In this document: one piece after another, positions 9,134 through 18,902 of the stretch | Layout of the letters: the number at the start of each line of letters is the position of its first letter | Position numbering within the stretch: the first letter of the stretch is position 1 | Source of the DNA: Aquifex aeolicus VF5 | Lineage (GTDB): Bacteria > Aquificota > Aquificia > Aquificales > Aquificaceae | Reading direction: 5' to 3' | Assembly: GCF_000008625.1 (NCBI RefSeq) | Contig: NC_000918.1 | Location: forward strand, 60,001-92,000 | DNA: 32,000 bases | Position numbers and translations under genes: made by a program | The notes under the pieces: model-generated | Seen by the model: only the letters and a program-made list of their open reading frames with translations | The model's database searches: none | Told to the model about the DNA's origin: nothing

Positions 9134-9168
9134 TTTTATAAAAACTTTTTTAAAAAAGGAGGGCAAAA

Positions 9169-10440
9169 ATGAGAGCGCTAGGATTTATAGGGATTATTCT
9201 ATCAATTTTTTCCTCTTTTGCGTATGCATCTGAAGCCAAGTTAGACACTGGTAACACAGCTTGGATGCTCGTAGCTTCAGCCCTTGTGGTGTTTATGACA
9301 GTTCCCGGGCTCGCTCTTTTCTATGGAGGTTTAGACAAATCAAAGAGCATCCTAAACACGATAGCGATGTCCTTTTCAGCCTTTGCGGTTGTAACACTAA
9401 CGTGGATATTCGTAGGTTACTCAGTAGCCTACGGAGACGATATTTTTGGTTTTATAGGAAATCCATTCCAGTACGTATTAGGTAAGGGTATAAGCGGGAT
9501 AAATTCCGATACCGGATACCCTGCACTTCTGGATCTGATGTTCCAGCTCACTTTCGCAACAATAACTACCGCTTTAATTTCGGGTTCCTTCGTAGGAAGG
9601 ATGAAGTTTTCAGCCTGGATATTGTTTGCAATACTCTGGAGCGTATTTGTTTATCCGCCTGTAGCCCACTGGGTATGGGGAGGCGGATTTCTGGCTAACG
9701 ACGGAGCCCTTGACTTTGCAGGAGGAACGGTAGTCCACATTAACGCGGGTATAGCGGGTTTAGTAGGTGCGTTGATCCTCGGAAGAAGGAAAGACACATC
9801 TCTTATTCCCAACAACGTTCCACTGGTAGCCCTCGGTGCGGGAATACTGTGGTTCGGGTGGTTTGGATTCAACGCCGGTTCTGCTCTCGGAGCTAATGAG
9901 AGCGCAGCTTGGGCAATGATAAATACCACGGTTGCAACTTCAACGGCAGCACTCGCATGGATGTTTACCGAATGGCTTCACGTCGGTAAACCTACAGTTG
10001 TGGGAATATCTTCAGGTATCGTTGCAGGACTTGTCGCAATAACTCCCGCGGCAGGTTTTGTAAACCTTATCGGTTCAATTTTTATAGGAGCTATAGCATC
10101 CGTGTGTGCTTACTTTATGGTTGCTCTTGTAAAACCAAAATTCGGATACGACGATGCACTTGACGTGTTCGGAATTCACGGAGTACGCGGAATAGTGGGA
10201 GCAGTTTTAACGGGAGTATTTGCGGATCCGAACGTGGGAGGAACTCCTGGACTGCTCTACGGCAATCCAAAACAGGTTCTTATACAAATAGAAGGCGTTA
10301 TCGCTACTATACTCTACTCCGCTATCCTCACAGCCGTTATACTGCTGGTTCTGAAAGCAGTAGTAGGTCTAAGAGTTTCCGAAGAAGAGGAGCTCGAACT
10401 GGACAGCTCCCTACACGGTGAAAAGGCTTACAACCTATAA
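9169..10440 (+). CDS. amtB: Ammonium transporter
   Basis: 423 aa, N-terminal signal-like segment, [17 protein letters not shown], twin-His contexts [12 protein letters not shown] and [13 protein letters not shown]. Confidence 0.96.
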
Positions 10441-10453
10441 AGGAGGTTTAGTT

Positions 10454-11500
10454 ATGAAAAAGTACGTTCTTCCTCTCTTGTTTTTAAGCTCTCTTTCTCT
10501 CGCTGAGGAAAAAAGTCTTTACCTGAAGGTATCCCAACCGCTGGAGCTTTACGGCGGGATAAGTGCCGGGTACTTCTACACCACAAACGAGGACGGTAAA
10601 GACTCAAGCGATAAACTGCAGATAACGAACGCCATACTCGGACTGAAGGCTGAAGTTGGAGAAAAGATAAGGTTCGGCTTTGACCTTGCTGTAGGCGGTT
10701 CTCTCTGGTCCACCGTATGGGACGGCGGACAGGGAGATTTTTCCTATTACGACCCAGATGAAAAGGAATTGAAAGAAGGTGTAGGACTTCACTGGGGATA
10801 CGCCTACCTGAAACCCTTCAAAGGCTTTGAAGTTTCTGCCGGTGTACTTACAACAAACATAGGCTACGAACTTGCAGACACGTATAGCAATCCTAACGTA
10901 ACTTTTGGAGCGGTATGGTACGCACAGCCCTTCATATACCCCGGAGTCAGGCTCACGCTTGATTTTAGTGAAATAGCGGATTTACCGGTAAGTCTTTATG
11001 CCGAGTACAATCAGGAGTACGACCTTGACAATTACGCGGTTGGAATTCTCGGGGAACTCGGCAACCTTTCTTACGCCCTGAGTTATTACGACTACAGAGC
11101 TTCAAAAAACCTCGTTGATTTAGTTCTCGGATATACCATCTTCAACGTGGACCTCGGTCTGAACTTTGATTACCAATGGCTGGACGACAGTGCAAAATCA
11201 GCAGGACAGGACGATTCTGCTTACGGAGTTGCCCTGTACGTAATACCAAAGTTTGAAACTAAATACGGCGAGTTTTCCCTGCCTTTAAGACTGGAATACT
11301 TTGACGAAGGAAGTAGCGGGATTTACTTTGGCGGGGCGGACAAGGGCTATACACTTACCGTTACGCCTACTTTCAGACCTACACCTAACACCTACGTAAG
11401 GGCTGAAGTATCCTATGTAAATACGGATAATAAAGTGTTTAAAAACGGCACAAAAGACAACAAAACCACTCTGGCAGTAGAACTCGGCTTCACCTTTTAG
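10454..11500 (+). CDS. Outer-membrane beta-barrel (porin-like) protein
   Basis: Signal peptide [19 protein letters not shown], alternating amphipathic strands, C-terminal ...[11 protein letters not shown] ending in aromatic Phe typical of OMP beta-signals. RBS aggagg at 10441; the track start at 10418 is upstream of this. Confidence 0.75.
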
Positions 11501-11514
11501 CCGCCCCTGCCCTT

Positions 11515-11766
11515 TTACCAGATTTTTGAGAAGTCTAAAGAAATACTGCAATCCTCCAAGTTTATTTCTAAGGAATCATCTGTAACGTCTTTTAACTTCA
11601 CATACTTACCCTCGTGAAGTTTGTAGACCTTTGTTTTCTTCAGAGATAGGAAAGCTATAACGTAGTACTCTATTCCCTCTCTCCGATAGAGTTCAAACTT
11701 TATCGTTTCGTCCTTTTGAGCAGTTCCTTCCGAGACTACTTCAAATATAACTTTCGGCGGTTTCAA
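11515..11766 (-). pseudogene. Uma2 (DUF820, PD-(D/E)XK-like) C-terminal fragment, N-terminus missing
   Basis: KPPKVIFEVVSEGTAQKDETIKFELYRREGIEYYVIAFLSLKKTKVYKLHEGKY matches the C-terminal half of Uma2-like proteins. It has only a TTG start, and about 100 N-terminal residues are absent. Confidence 0.5.
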
Positions 11767-11802
11767 GACTCTGTGTTTTATCTTTTCGCAAACCTCGTCT
11801 AT

Positions 11803-12243
11803 TCAATACCTCTCCGTTATGTAGTCCGCTGCACAGGAGGCCGCTATGGCGTCAGGTTTCAAAACAGGAGTTAACCCTTGAGCAAGGACGTATCCGACCG
11901 CTTCTTTCACTATTACGCTGGACGCAGTGTTTTCATCCGGGTTTATATCCAGATGAACCTCAAAGTGCCTGCCGTCCACCGCGTCCATAAGCATAAGGGC
12001 GTGATAAACAGCACGGTTTACCTCTTCCATAAGCCTTTGCCTCAAAGAGTTTATCTTTGGAACCTTTTCCACATTCCAGAAAACTTTTGCCCCGTATTTT
12101 GAACTTATGTGGACCACGATAACGGTAACGAATATCGTTTTATCCCTGAGCTGTCTGGAATCACAACCAACGTATATGGAAGTTTCTTTATCTGTAGTTT
12201 TTATAAACTCCTTTACCTCTTCAATGTCCCTGAACTTGGGCAT
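11803..12243 (-). CDS. DUF458 / YkuK-like (RNase H-fold) protein
   Basis: ETSIYVGCDSRQLRDKTIFVTVIVVH...FEVHLDINPDENTASSVIVKEAVGYVLAQGLTPVLKPDAIAASCAAD is characteristic of DUF458. Confidence 0.75.
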   Translation of the reverse strand: MPKFRDIEEVKEFIKTTDKETSIYVGCDSRQLRDKTIFVTVIVVHISSKYGAKVFWNVEKVPKINSLRQRLMEEVNRAVYHALMLMDAVDGRHFEVHLDINPDENTASSVIVKEAVGYVLAQGLTPVLKPDAIAASCAADYITERY

Positions 12244-12563
12244 TACTTCTCAAAATCCACCTTTTGATACCAGGAAGGCTTGAAGAAAATCCAGTCTTTT
12301 AGGTTTTCAGGACTTTTAGCGTAACAAACTTCGCATAAAACTCCTTCCTCCACTAGTTTGGAGTTGTCATCACAGCAATCACTCAAGTTCCAGAACTCGT
12401 AATTGTCGTGAAATATCAGCTTTCCGCATCCGAGACACTCGTAAAGAACACAGCCCTTTTCCTGCAAAAATTCCTTTAAATCTTTTTCCTCGGGGAGTTC
12501 TTCTAGTTCAAAGACGTTTTTCAGGAATTCCTTCTGCTTCTCGGAAAGTTCCTTTACCTTCAT
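12243..12563 (-). CDS. Small cysteine-rich (zinc-ribbon-like) hypothetical protein
   Basis: CVLYECLGCGKLIFHDNYEFWNLSDCCDDNSKLVEEGVLCEVCYAK: CxxC...CC...CxxC arrangement. ATGA overlap with the upstream oxidoreductase gene. Confidence 0.6.
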   Translation of the reverse strand: MKVKELSEKQKEFLKNVFELEELPEEKDLKEFLQEKGCVLYECLGCGKLIFHDNYEFWNLSDCCDDNSKLVEEGVLCEVCYAKSPENLKDWIFFKPSWYQKVDFEK

Positions 12564-14122
12564 ACATTTAAATTTAGAACTTCAAGTTTAAAAAACGGTT
12601 TTTTCATCAACCTTCCCACCCTGATACCCGGATCAAAGGGCTGAAACTCCTCAAAGGAGTTCGGAACGAATACAACGTTATCAGCGAGGTTGTTGTTTAC
12701 CTTTACTTTCAGCTTTACACCGTTTATTTCTATAAGGTTCCCTATATTTAAACGTTCCTTCGTTTTCTGGTTTACGTAAGCAAACTGCTCCCTCTCAAGG
12801 GCGTGGGTCCAGGGGTTCCAGTGTCCGAGTTCTTCCGCTAAGGTGTTGTCACAGATGAACCAGAGCTCTCCGCTCTCTGATCTGTCTTCTTCGTTTATGT
12901 CAACCTCCGTAATGTCCTTCATACTTATGTCCACTCCCCCTTCCTTTTCCTTTAATTCCTCAAGCTTAACTCCGCACTCCTTCAGAAAGTCTTCTACGTC
13001 AAAAGAACTTTCAAAGTACTCGTACGGTTGGGGAAATGGTGCATTTAGGACCTGCGGTGAGTGTGCCAAAAAGCCAAAACCCTTTACTATAAACTCCCTT
13101 TCCGCGAAAGTGGTTCTGGGAATTATAAGAGTGCTGTGGTTTGCAGTTATAGTGGGGAAGTATGCAAAGTTAATGACGAATTTATCCTTTAACTTTTGAA
13201 TTTGTTCATCAGAGAGGTAAATAAACGGATTTCCGAATAAAACGAGTGTGTCAAACTCTCCTAATCTTTCCAAAAATTCCTTTAAGCTTTTTACAGGAAA
13301 CGGCGTTATGTTTCCTACAATTGAGTAGTCCGCACCGTACTTTTCACTGATTTCTTTAAGGGTTTTTAAAACTTTTCCTCTGAACGGTGAGCGAAGGAGT
13401 GTGTCTCCTACTATGACAACGCTCTCTTTTCCGAAAAATTCAAGGAATTTTTGAGCTTTGCCTTCAAATCTTCCCTCAGAAAGTGCCTGTAAAATCTCGG
13501 TTGTTTTTTCTGGTGTGGTCAGAACCTTTTCTTTTGATTTTTGAAAAACGGTCGTATACCTGCTTCCCGCCGTAAAGATATATGCGTCCTTTTCAAAGGC
13601 GTCCACTATCCAGCGGGTGAGCATAACCTCCGAAAATGTGGGCTCCGCCTCAAATATAAATAGGGCTTTTTTGTCCACCCAATCCTGAGCTCTGACGCTG
13701 GTTTGTTTAAAGGGAAGGTAAAGGGAGTCCGAAAAGACTTCCTCGGTTAGGCTTCTTGCTATGAGGTATTCCTCAATTCCCGCAAACCTGTCTAGGAAAA
13801 AGGCGACCTTTCCTTTTAAGTTTTCCTTTATTAGTTTCTTTGTCTCTTGAAATTCAACTTCCCTAAAGTTGTTCCCTTCCCTTAAAAGGGGCTTTGTAAT
13901 TCTTAGGGGGTTTTTCGGGATTTCCTGAATGTAAGTTATTCCCTTTGTGCAGAAGCTACCTATGCCGTTCGGGTCGTGGGGGTGTCCGTAGAGGTCAACG
14001 AGCTCATCTTGCTTGAGGTAAGCTATGTAACCGCAGGCACTTGAACACCCGCCGCAAATACCGCACAGAGCTTTCTCAAATTCCTTTACCGTTAAGGGGA
14101 CGGAAGTAGGGGAAAGGGGCAT
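12560..14122 (-). CDS. Molybdopterin-oxidoreductase-family (MopB-like) iron-sulfur protein
   Basis: N-terminal CGICGGCSSACGYIAYLKQDELVDLYGHPHDPNGIGSFCTKG (CxxCxxxC...C Fe4S4) followed by NPLRITKPLLREG; C-terminal ADNVVFVPNSFEEFQPFD... like the MopB C-terminal domain. Confidence 0.7.
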   Translation of the reverse strand: MPLSPTSVPLTVKEFEKALCGICGGCSSACGYIAYLKQDELVDLYGHPHDPNGIGSFCTKGITYIQEIPKNPLRITKPLLREGNNFREVEFQETKKLIKENLKGKVAFFLDRFAGIEEYLIARSLTEEVFSDSLYLPFKQTSVRAQDWVDKKALFIFEAEPTFSEVMLTRWIVDAFEKDAYIFTAGSRYTTVFQKSKEKVLTTPEKTTEILQALSEGRFEGKAQKFLEFFGKESVVIVGDTLLRSPFRGKVLKTLKEISEKYGADYSIVGNITPFPVKSLKEFLERLGEFDTLVLFGNPFIYLSDEQIQKLKDKFVINFAYFPTITANHSTLIIPRTTFAEREFIVKGFGFLAHSPQVLNAPFPQPYEYFESSFDVEDFLKECGVKLEELKEKEGGVDISMKDITEVDINEEDRSESGELWFICDNTLAEELGHWNPWTHALEREQFAYVNQKTKERLNIGNLIEINGVKLKVKVNNNLADNVVFVPNSFEEFQPFDPGIRVGRLMKKPFFKLEVLNLNV

Positions 14123-15316
14123 TTAAGCCTCCTTGTCGTCAAGGTTAACGAGACAGGGCAGTTCTTTCCCCGCGAGAAGTTCCAGGAAAGCTCCTCCTCC
14201 TGTGGAGACGAAGTCAAAGGCGTGATAAACTCCCGCCTTGTGAATGGCGTGGTCCGTATCTCCTCCGCCCGCTATCGTGAGGGCTGAAGATTGGGCGAGT
14301 AATTTCGCGACCTCTATTGTTCCATGTTTGAACTTGTCTATTTCAAACACTCCCATGGGCCCGTTCCACACAATTGTCTGGGCATCGGAAATTATTTCCT
14401 TTACGAGTTCAACGGAAACGGGTCCGATATCAAGCCCCATCCACCCGTCTGGTATCTCCTGCCAGGGTACTACTTTCGTGGGAGTGTTTTCCGAGACTTC
14501 CTGCCCTATCACAAAGTCAACGGGAAGGTAGAGTTTAATCTCTAGCTTTTTTGCAACATCTATTAAATCCCTTGCAACGTCCTGTAGGTCGTCCTCCACG
14601 AGGGAATTTCCAACCTTGTAGCCCATAGCTTTGAGGAAGGTAAAGGCCATAGCGCCGCCTATAAATAGTTTGTCTACCCTCCTTATTAGGTTCTTTATCA
14701 CTTCGAGTTTGGAGGAAACTTTAGCACCTCCCAGGATAGCGACCACGGGTCTCTGGGGTGCTACCATCGCCTTTTCAAAGTAAGTGATTTCCTTTTCCAG
14801 TAAAAATCCCATTACGGCGGGTTTTAAAAACTTGGGAACGAGGTACACGCTTGCGTGCTTTCTGTGACAGGTTCCGAAGGCGTCCGCAACGTAAACTTCT
14901 CCCAGACTCGCAAGCTCTCTCGCAAAGTTCTCATCGCACTCCGTTTCTTCTTTATGGAACCTAAGGTTTTCAAGGAGAACTACGTCTCCCTCTTTCATGG
15001 AGTTTACAATTCGCTTTACTTCTTCTCCCACGCAGTCCGGGGCGAGTTTTACCTCCTTGTTTATATACCTTGAAAGTCTTTTGGCTACCGGTGCCAAACT
15101 GTACTTTGGATCCCTGTTTTTAGGTCTTCCTAGATGGGACATCAAAATTACCTTTGCGTTTGCGTCAAGGAGGTACTCAACTGTGGGAAGGGAAGCCCTT
15201 ATACGCGTGTCGTCTACTATGTTTCCCTGTTCGTCTAGTGGAACGTTGTAATCAACCCTTACGAGAACTCTCTTCCCCTTTACGTCAACGTCCCTTAAGG
15301 TCTTTTTTCTAAGCAT
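14123..15316 (-). CDS. pgk: Phosphoglycerate kinase
   Basis: KRVLVRVDYNVPLDEQG, VILMSHLGRPK, VVAILGGAKVSSKLEVI, GPMGVFE, GGGDT.HAIHKAG. Confidence 0.97.
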   Translation of the reverse strand: MLRKKTLRDVDVKGKRVLVRVDYNVPLDEQGNIVDDTRIRASLPTVEYLLDANAKVILMSHLGRPKNRDPKYSLAPVAKRLSRYINKEVKLAPDCVGEEVKRIVNSMKEGDVVLLENLRFHKEETECDENFARELASLGEVYVADAFGTCHRKHASVYLVPKFLKPAVMGFLLEKEITYFEKAMVAPQRPVVAILGGAKVSSKLEVIKNLIRRVDKLFIGGAMAFTFLKAMGYKVGNSLVEDDLQDVARDLIDVAKKLEIKLYLPVDFVIGQEVSENTPTKVVPWQEIPDGWMGLDIGPVSVELVKEIISDAQTIVWNGPMGVFEIDKFKHGTIEVAKLLAQSSALTIAGGGDTDHAIHKAGVYHAFDFVSTGGGAFLELLAGKELPCLVNLDDKEA

Positions 15317-15327
15317 TTATCCCTCCA

Positions 15328-15981
15328 TCAGAAGGGTTTTTCGGGAACCTTTTCCCAATCCTTCAGGAACCTCTCCAGCCCTATGTCAGTTAAGGGGTGC
15401 TTGAAGAGTTGTTCCATAACTTTAAAGGGCATGGTACAGATGTCAGCACCGATTAGAGCGGACTCGAGAACGTGCATAGGGTGCCTTACGCTTGCAACTA
15501 TTATTTCCGTGTCAAACTCGTAATTGGAGAAAATTGTTTTAATCTCTTCTATAAGTTTCATTCCTTCTCCGCTGATGTCGTCAAGTCTTCCCACGAAGGG
15601 AGAAACGTAAGAAGCTCCTGCTTTTGCCGCAAGCAGTGCTTGGGTTGGTGAGAAGACGAGGGTTACGTTTGTGGGTATCCCCTCGCTTTCAAGGGCTATC
15701 ACAGCCTTGAGTCCTTCGGGAGTCATGGGTATCTTCACGACCACGTTTTCTCCGAGTTCCGCTAGCATCCTGCCTTCCCTTATCATTCCCTCTGCATCCA
15801 GAGAAACGGTTTCTAGACTGACGGGTCCATCAACGAGTTCAAGTATTTCCTTTACAACTTCTTTGAAGGGTCTTCCCGTTTTTGAGATGAGTGTAGGGTT
15901 TGTTGTAACGCCGTCCAGTATTCCCCACTCCATAGCCTTCTTAATCTCTTCTACGTTTGCTGTATCTAAAAAGAACTTCAT
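15328..15981 (-). CDS. tal: Transaldolase, small FSA/TalC-type
   Basis: [31 protein letters not shown] and [31 protein letters not shown]. The track start at 15996 adds five residues. Confidence 0.93.
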   Translation of the reverse strand: MKFFLDTANVEEIKKAMEWGILDGVTTNPTLISKTGRPFKEVVKEILELVDGPVSLETVSLDAEGMIREGRMLAELGENVVVKIPMTPEGLKAVIALESEGIPTNVTLVFSPTQALLAAKAGASYVSPFVGRLDDISGEGMKLIEEIKTIFSNYEFDTEIIVASVRHPMHVLESALIGADICTMPFKVMEQLFKHPLTDIGLERFLKDWEKVPEKPF

Positions 15982-16009
15982 TTCCTTTACCTCCAAAAAT
16001 GGGATTATA

Positions 16010-17038
16010 TCACTTGTAATACTCCTCGAAAGCTATCCACGTTCTCGGTATCCGCCACTCAAGGTTATCCCACTCCTTCATGAGTTTTTTCCTCTTCTGT
16101 GCAGCCCTGTTTATAGAAGGACCTAAGGTATCCAGAGCTTCTTCTTCGAATTCTTCAAGGTCTCCCTCAAGTATCGCCCTTGCAGCTATTGAGCCCGTAA
16201 TCACCGCGTTCGCTATACCTCCGCCCGTAATGGGGTGGCAGAATCCTCCCGCATCTCCTACCAAAAGCACGTTTCCCCTGAAAGGATTCTTTATCCCCTC
16301 GCCGGGAATAAAACCTCCGGTTCTTCCGTAAATAGGTTCGGGTTCTACAAAGTCCTTAACTTCTTTTACAAACTTGTTTAGAACTTCTACCACGTTCACA
16401 CCGTAAGAGAGGTCAACGCCGACGCCTACGTTTGCAAGTTCCTGTTTCGGAAATATCCAGCCGTAACCTCCTGGTATGTAGTCCCTAAAGAATATGAGAA
16501 GGTCATTTAAAGGCTTTTTCAGTTTAAGTGTGTACTGAGCAGTTATTAAAAATTCCTTAGTGTGTTCTCCCGTGAGTTTTGCAACGAGCGAACGTGCCCC
16601 GTCCGCCCCGACCACGATATCCGCTTTTACCTTAAAAACTTCCCTTTTATTTAAATCTTTTAGGATTAAATACTTTCCCTCAAAACCGATAAACTTCGTT
16701 TTTGTTCTTAAGTGCGCACCCTCCTTTTCTGCGAGCTTGGCTATTCCTTTGTCCCACTTTTCCCTGTGAAGGATGAAGCCTTCCGAGTACATACTAACGA
16801 TTTCCCCCCAGGGTGTGTAGTGAACCATGTCTTTTACCTTTTGTGCTATTGTCTCCTCGGGAAAGAACTCGGGAAATTCGTAAGAGAGCTGGACGGGAAC
16901 AAACTCGGCACACTGAACGGGATAGCCTACTTCCTTCCTTGAATCTATAAGCAGGACCCTAACTCCCTTTTTTGCAAGTACGTAGGCACAGGTGGAGCCT
17001 CCGGGCCCCGCACCTACTATCGCAACGTCGTACTTCAT
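16010..17038 (-). CDS. FAD-dependent geranylgeranyl-reductase-family oxidoreductase (second copy)
   Basis: [40 protein letters not shown]; [27 protein letters not shown]. Confidence 0.85.
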   Translation of the reverse strand: MKYDVAIVGAGPGGSTCAYVLAKKGVRVLLIDSRKEVGYPVQCAEFVPVQLSYEFPEFFPEETIAQKVKDMVHYTPWGEIVSMYSEGFILHREKWDKGIAKLAEKEGAHLRTKTKFIGFEGKYLILKDLNKREVFKVKADIVVGADGARSLVAKLTGEHTKEFLITAQYTLKLKKPLNDLLIFFRDYIPGGYGWIFPKQELANVGVGVDLSYGVNVVEVLNKFVKEVKDFVEPEPIYGRTGGFIPGEGIKNPFRGNVLLVGDAGGFCHPITGGGIANAVITGSIAARAILEGDLEEFEEEALDTLGPSINRAAQKRKKLMKEWDNLEWRIPRTWIAFEEYYK

Positions 17039-18246
17039 AACTCCGATAATTTAACCCTCCTTTGCTCTCCCGTTTCCATGTCCTTAATCGTCACTTCCTG
17101 GTTCTTCACCTCGTCTTCACCGATGATAACGGCGTATTTAACGCCGAGTTTGTCGGCAAACTCCAGTTGTTTTTTCAGCCCTCCTTTTCTGTAGGAATAC
17201 TCAACTACCTTTCCTTTCTTCCTTAAAATGTCCGCAACTCTGAGGGCGTACTCGTGAACGTCTCCGAAGGGAATGACGAAGTAAACCTCTTCTTTTTCCT
17301 CCTCGTCTGGAAGAAGAAGCATTAACCTTTCAACTCCAAGGGCAAACCCGAGGGCGGGAGTGGGAGGACCTCCGAGCTCCTCAACTAAGTAATCATACCT
17401 CCCGCCTGCGATTAGCGTGAGTCCGAGCTCGTCGGAGACCGCCTCAAATACGGTCCTAGTGTAGTAATCAAGCCCCCTCACGAGGTTGTAGTTTTCCCTG
17501 AAGGGAATGTCAAGGGCCTTTAAGTAATTCTTTAGTTTTTCGTAGTGTTCCCTGCATTCATCGCACAGAAAGTCTATCATTTTAGGAGCTTCTCTCACCG
17601 CGACTTTGCAGGTCTCTACTTTGCAGTCCAGAACCCTCAAAGGGTTCCTGTCCATTCTGCTTATGCAATCACTGCAGAGTTCTTCTTTCACTCCTGTTAG
17701 GTAGTTAAGTAATGCCTCCCTGTAAGCCTCCCTGTCTTTTTTACATCCAAGGGAATTTATCTCAACAACAACCCCCTTGATCCCGAGTGCCTGAAGTATG
17801 TCGTAAACGATCTTTATTATTTCTGCGTCCGCGTGAGGTTCTGCAACGCCGAAGACTTCCGCACCTATCTGGTGGAATTGCCTATACCTTCCCGCCTGGG
17901 GTCTCTCGTACCTGAACATAGGTCCCTCGTAAAAGAGCTTCACATAAGGTCTCAGAGCGTAGAGTTTGTGTTGGATAAAGGCTCTCACAGTTCCCGCGGT
18001 CCCTTCCGGTCTTAATGCAAGCTTTCTCCCTTTTCTGTCCTCAAATACGAACATCTCTTTCTGGACTATGTCAGTGGTTTCTCCCACACTCCTTTGGAAG
18101 AGTTCTGCGTACTCAACAACAGGAAGGATTATCTCCTCAAAGTTGTAAAGTTTTAGTATCTTCCTTGCGGTGTCCGAGATTTTTCTGAACTTCTTTGCGT
18201 CTTTTCCCAGTATGTCGTGAAATCCCCTTACGCTCTGTATGTTCAT
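17035..18246 (-). CDS. hisS: Histidyl-tRNA synthetase
   Basis: VRGFHDILG, ALRPEGTAGTVRAF, FRYERPQAGRYRQFHQIGAEVFG, GLDYYTRTVFE, GGRYDYLVEELGG. Confidence 0.96.
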   Translation of the reverse strand: MNIQSVRGFHDILGKDAKKFRKISDTARKILKLYNFEEIILPVVEYAELFQRSVGETTDIVQKEMFVFEDRKGRKLALRPEGTAGTVRAFIQHKLYALRPYVKLFYEGPMFRYERPQAGRYRQFHQIGAEVFGVAEPHADAEIIKIVYDILQALGIKGVVVEINSLGCKKDREAYREALLNYLTGVKEELCSDCISRMDRNPLRVLDCKVETCKVAVREAPKMIDFLCDECREHYEKLKNYLKALDIPFRENYNLVRGLDYYTRTVFEAVSDELGLTLIAGGRYDYLVEELGGPPTPALGFALGVERLMLLLPDEEEKEEVYFVIPFGDVHEYALRVADILRKKGKVVEYSYRKGGLKKQLEFADKLGVKYAVIIGEDEVKNQEVTIKDMETGEQRRVKLSEL

Positions 18247-18327
18247 AAAGATAAATATTAAAGGTTTTTTGTGGTAAACTTATTGTGTTAAAATTATTCG
18301 TCCGAAAATTTACGGAGGTACGGGAAA

Positions 18328-18666
18328 TTGGCGGTAAGGATAAGGCTCGCTAAATTCGGAAGGAAACACCACCCCATATACAGAATAGTGGTAATGGACG
18401 CAAAGTCTCCAAGAGAAGGAAAGTACATAGACATTCTGGGGACTTACGACCCTAAGAGAAAGGTTCTCATTAACGTTTACCCTGAGAAGGTGAAGGAATG
18501 GGTTTTAAAGGGAGTTGAGCTATCTCATAGAGCTAAAGCTATTTTGTGGAATCATGGTATCTTAAAGGAAGTCGTTCCCGAAGGTTATGAGATGAAAAGG
18601 GTAGGTGATTATTACGTTTTTGAAAAGCGTGAATCCAAAAAATCCAAAGGAGGTGAAGCGGCATGA
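18328..18666 (+). CDS. rpsP: 30S ribosomal protein S16 (TTG start)
   Basis: [42 protein letters not shown]; TTG start preceded by ggagg. Confidence 0.95.
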   Translation: MAVRIRLAKFGRKHHPIYRIVVMDAKSPREGKYIDILGTYDPKRKVLINVYPEKVKEWVLKGVELSHRAKAILWNHGILKEVVPEGYEMKRVGDYYVFEKRESKKSKGGEAA

Positions 18667-18902
18667 GCGCACTCAAGGACATTGTTGAACTCACAGCAAA
18701 AGAATTAGTAGACAACAAGGACAAAGTGAGAGTTACCGAGATTGAAGGAGAAAAGACCGTTGTAATTGAGCTCAGGGTTGACCCTGCTGAGCTCGGTAAG
18801 GTTATCGGAAAGCAGGGTAGGATCGCAAGAGCTCTCAGAACCATCCTCACCGCAATCGGTAGAAAGATAGGAAAGAGGGTGGTTCTGGAAATACTTGAGT
18901 AA
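18663..18902 (+). CDS. KH-domain RNA-binding protein (KhpA-like)
   Basis: [14 protein letters not shown]...[43 protein letters not shown]; immediately 3' of rpsP as in many bacteria. Confidence 0.88.
   Translation: MSALKDIVELTAKELVDNKDKVRVTEIEGEKTVVIELRVDPAELGKVIGKQGRIARALRTILTAIGRKIGKRVVLEILE

Noticed and set aside
9145-9158. CTTTTTTAAAAAAG as an independent terminator
   Set aside because: AT-only stem with essentially no loop; too weak on its own at thermophilic temperatures, so listed only as part of the glnA-amtB gap structure.
14244-15251. Several plus-strand ORFs across pgk
   Set aside because: All antisense to pgk, which has full conserved motifs.
18328-18902. rpsP followed by a KH-domain gene as a novel arrangement
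   Set aside because: rpsP-khpA adjacency is widespread in bacteria; ordinary.
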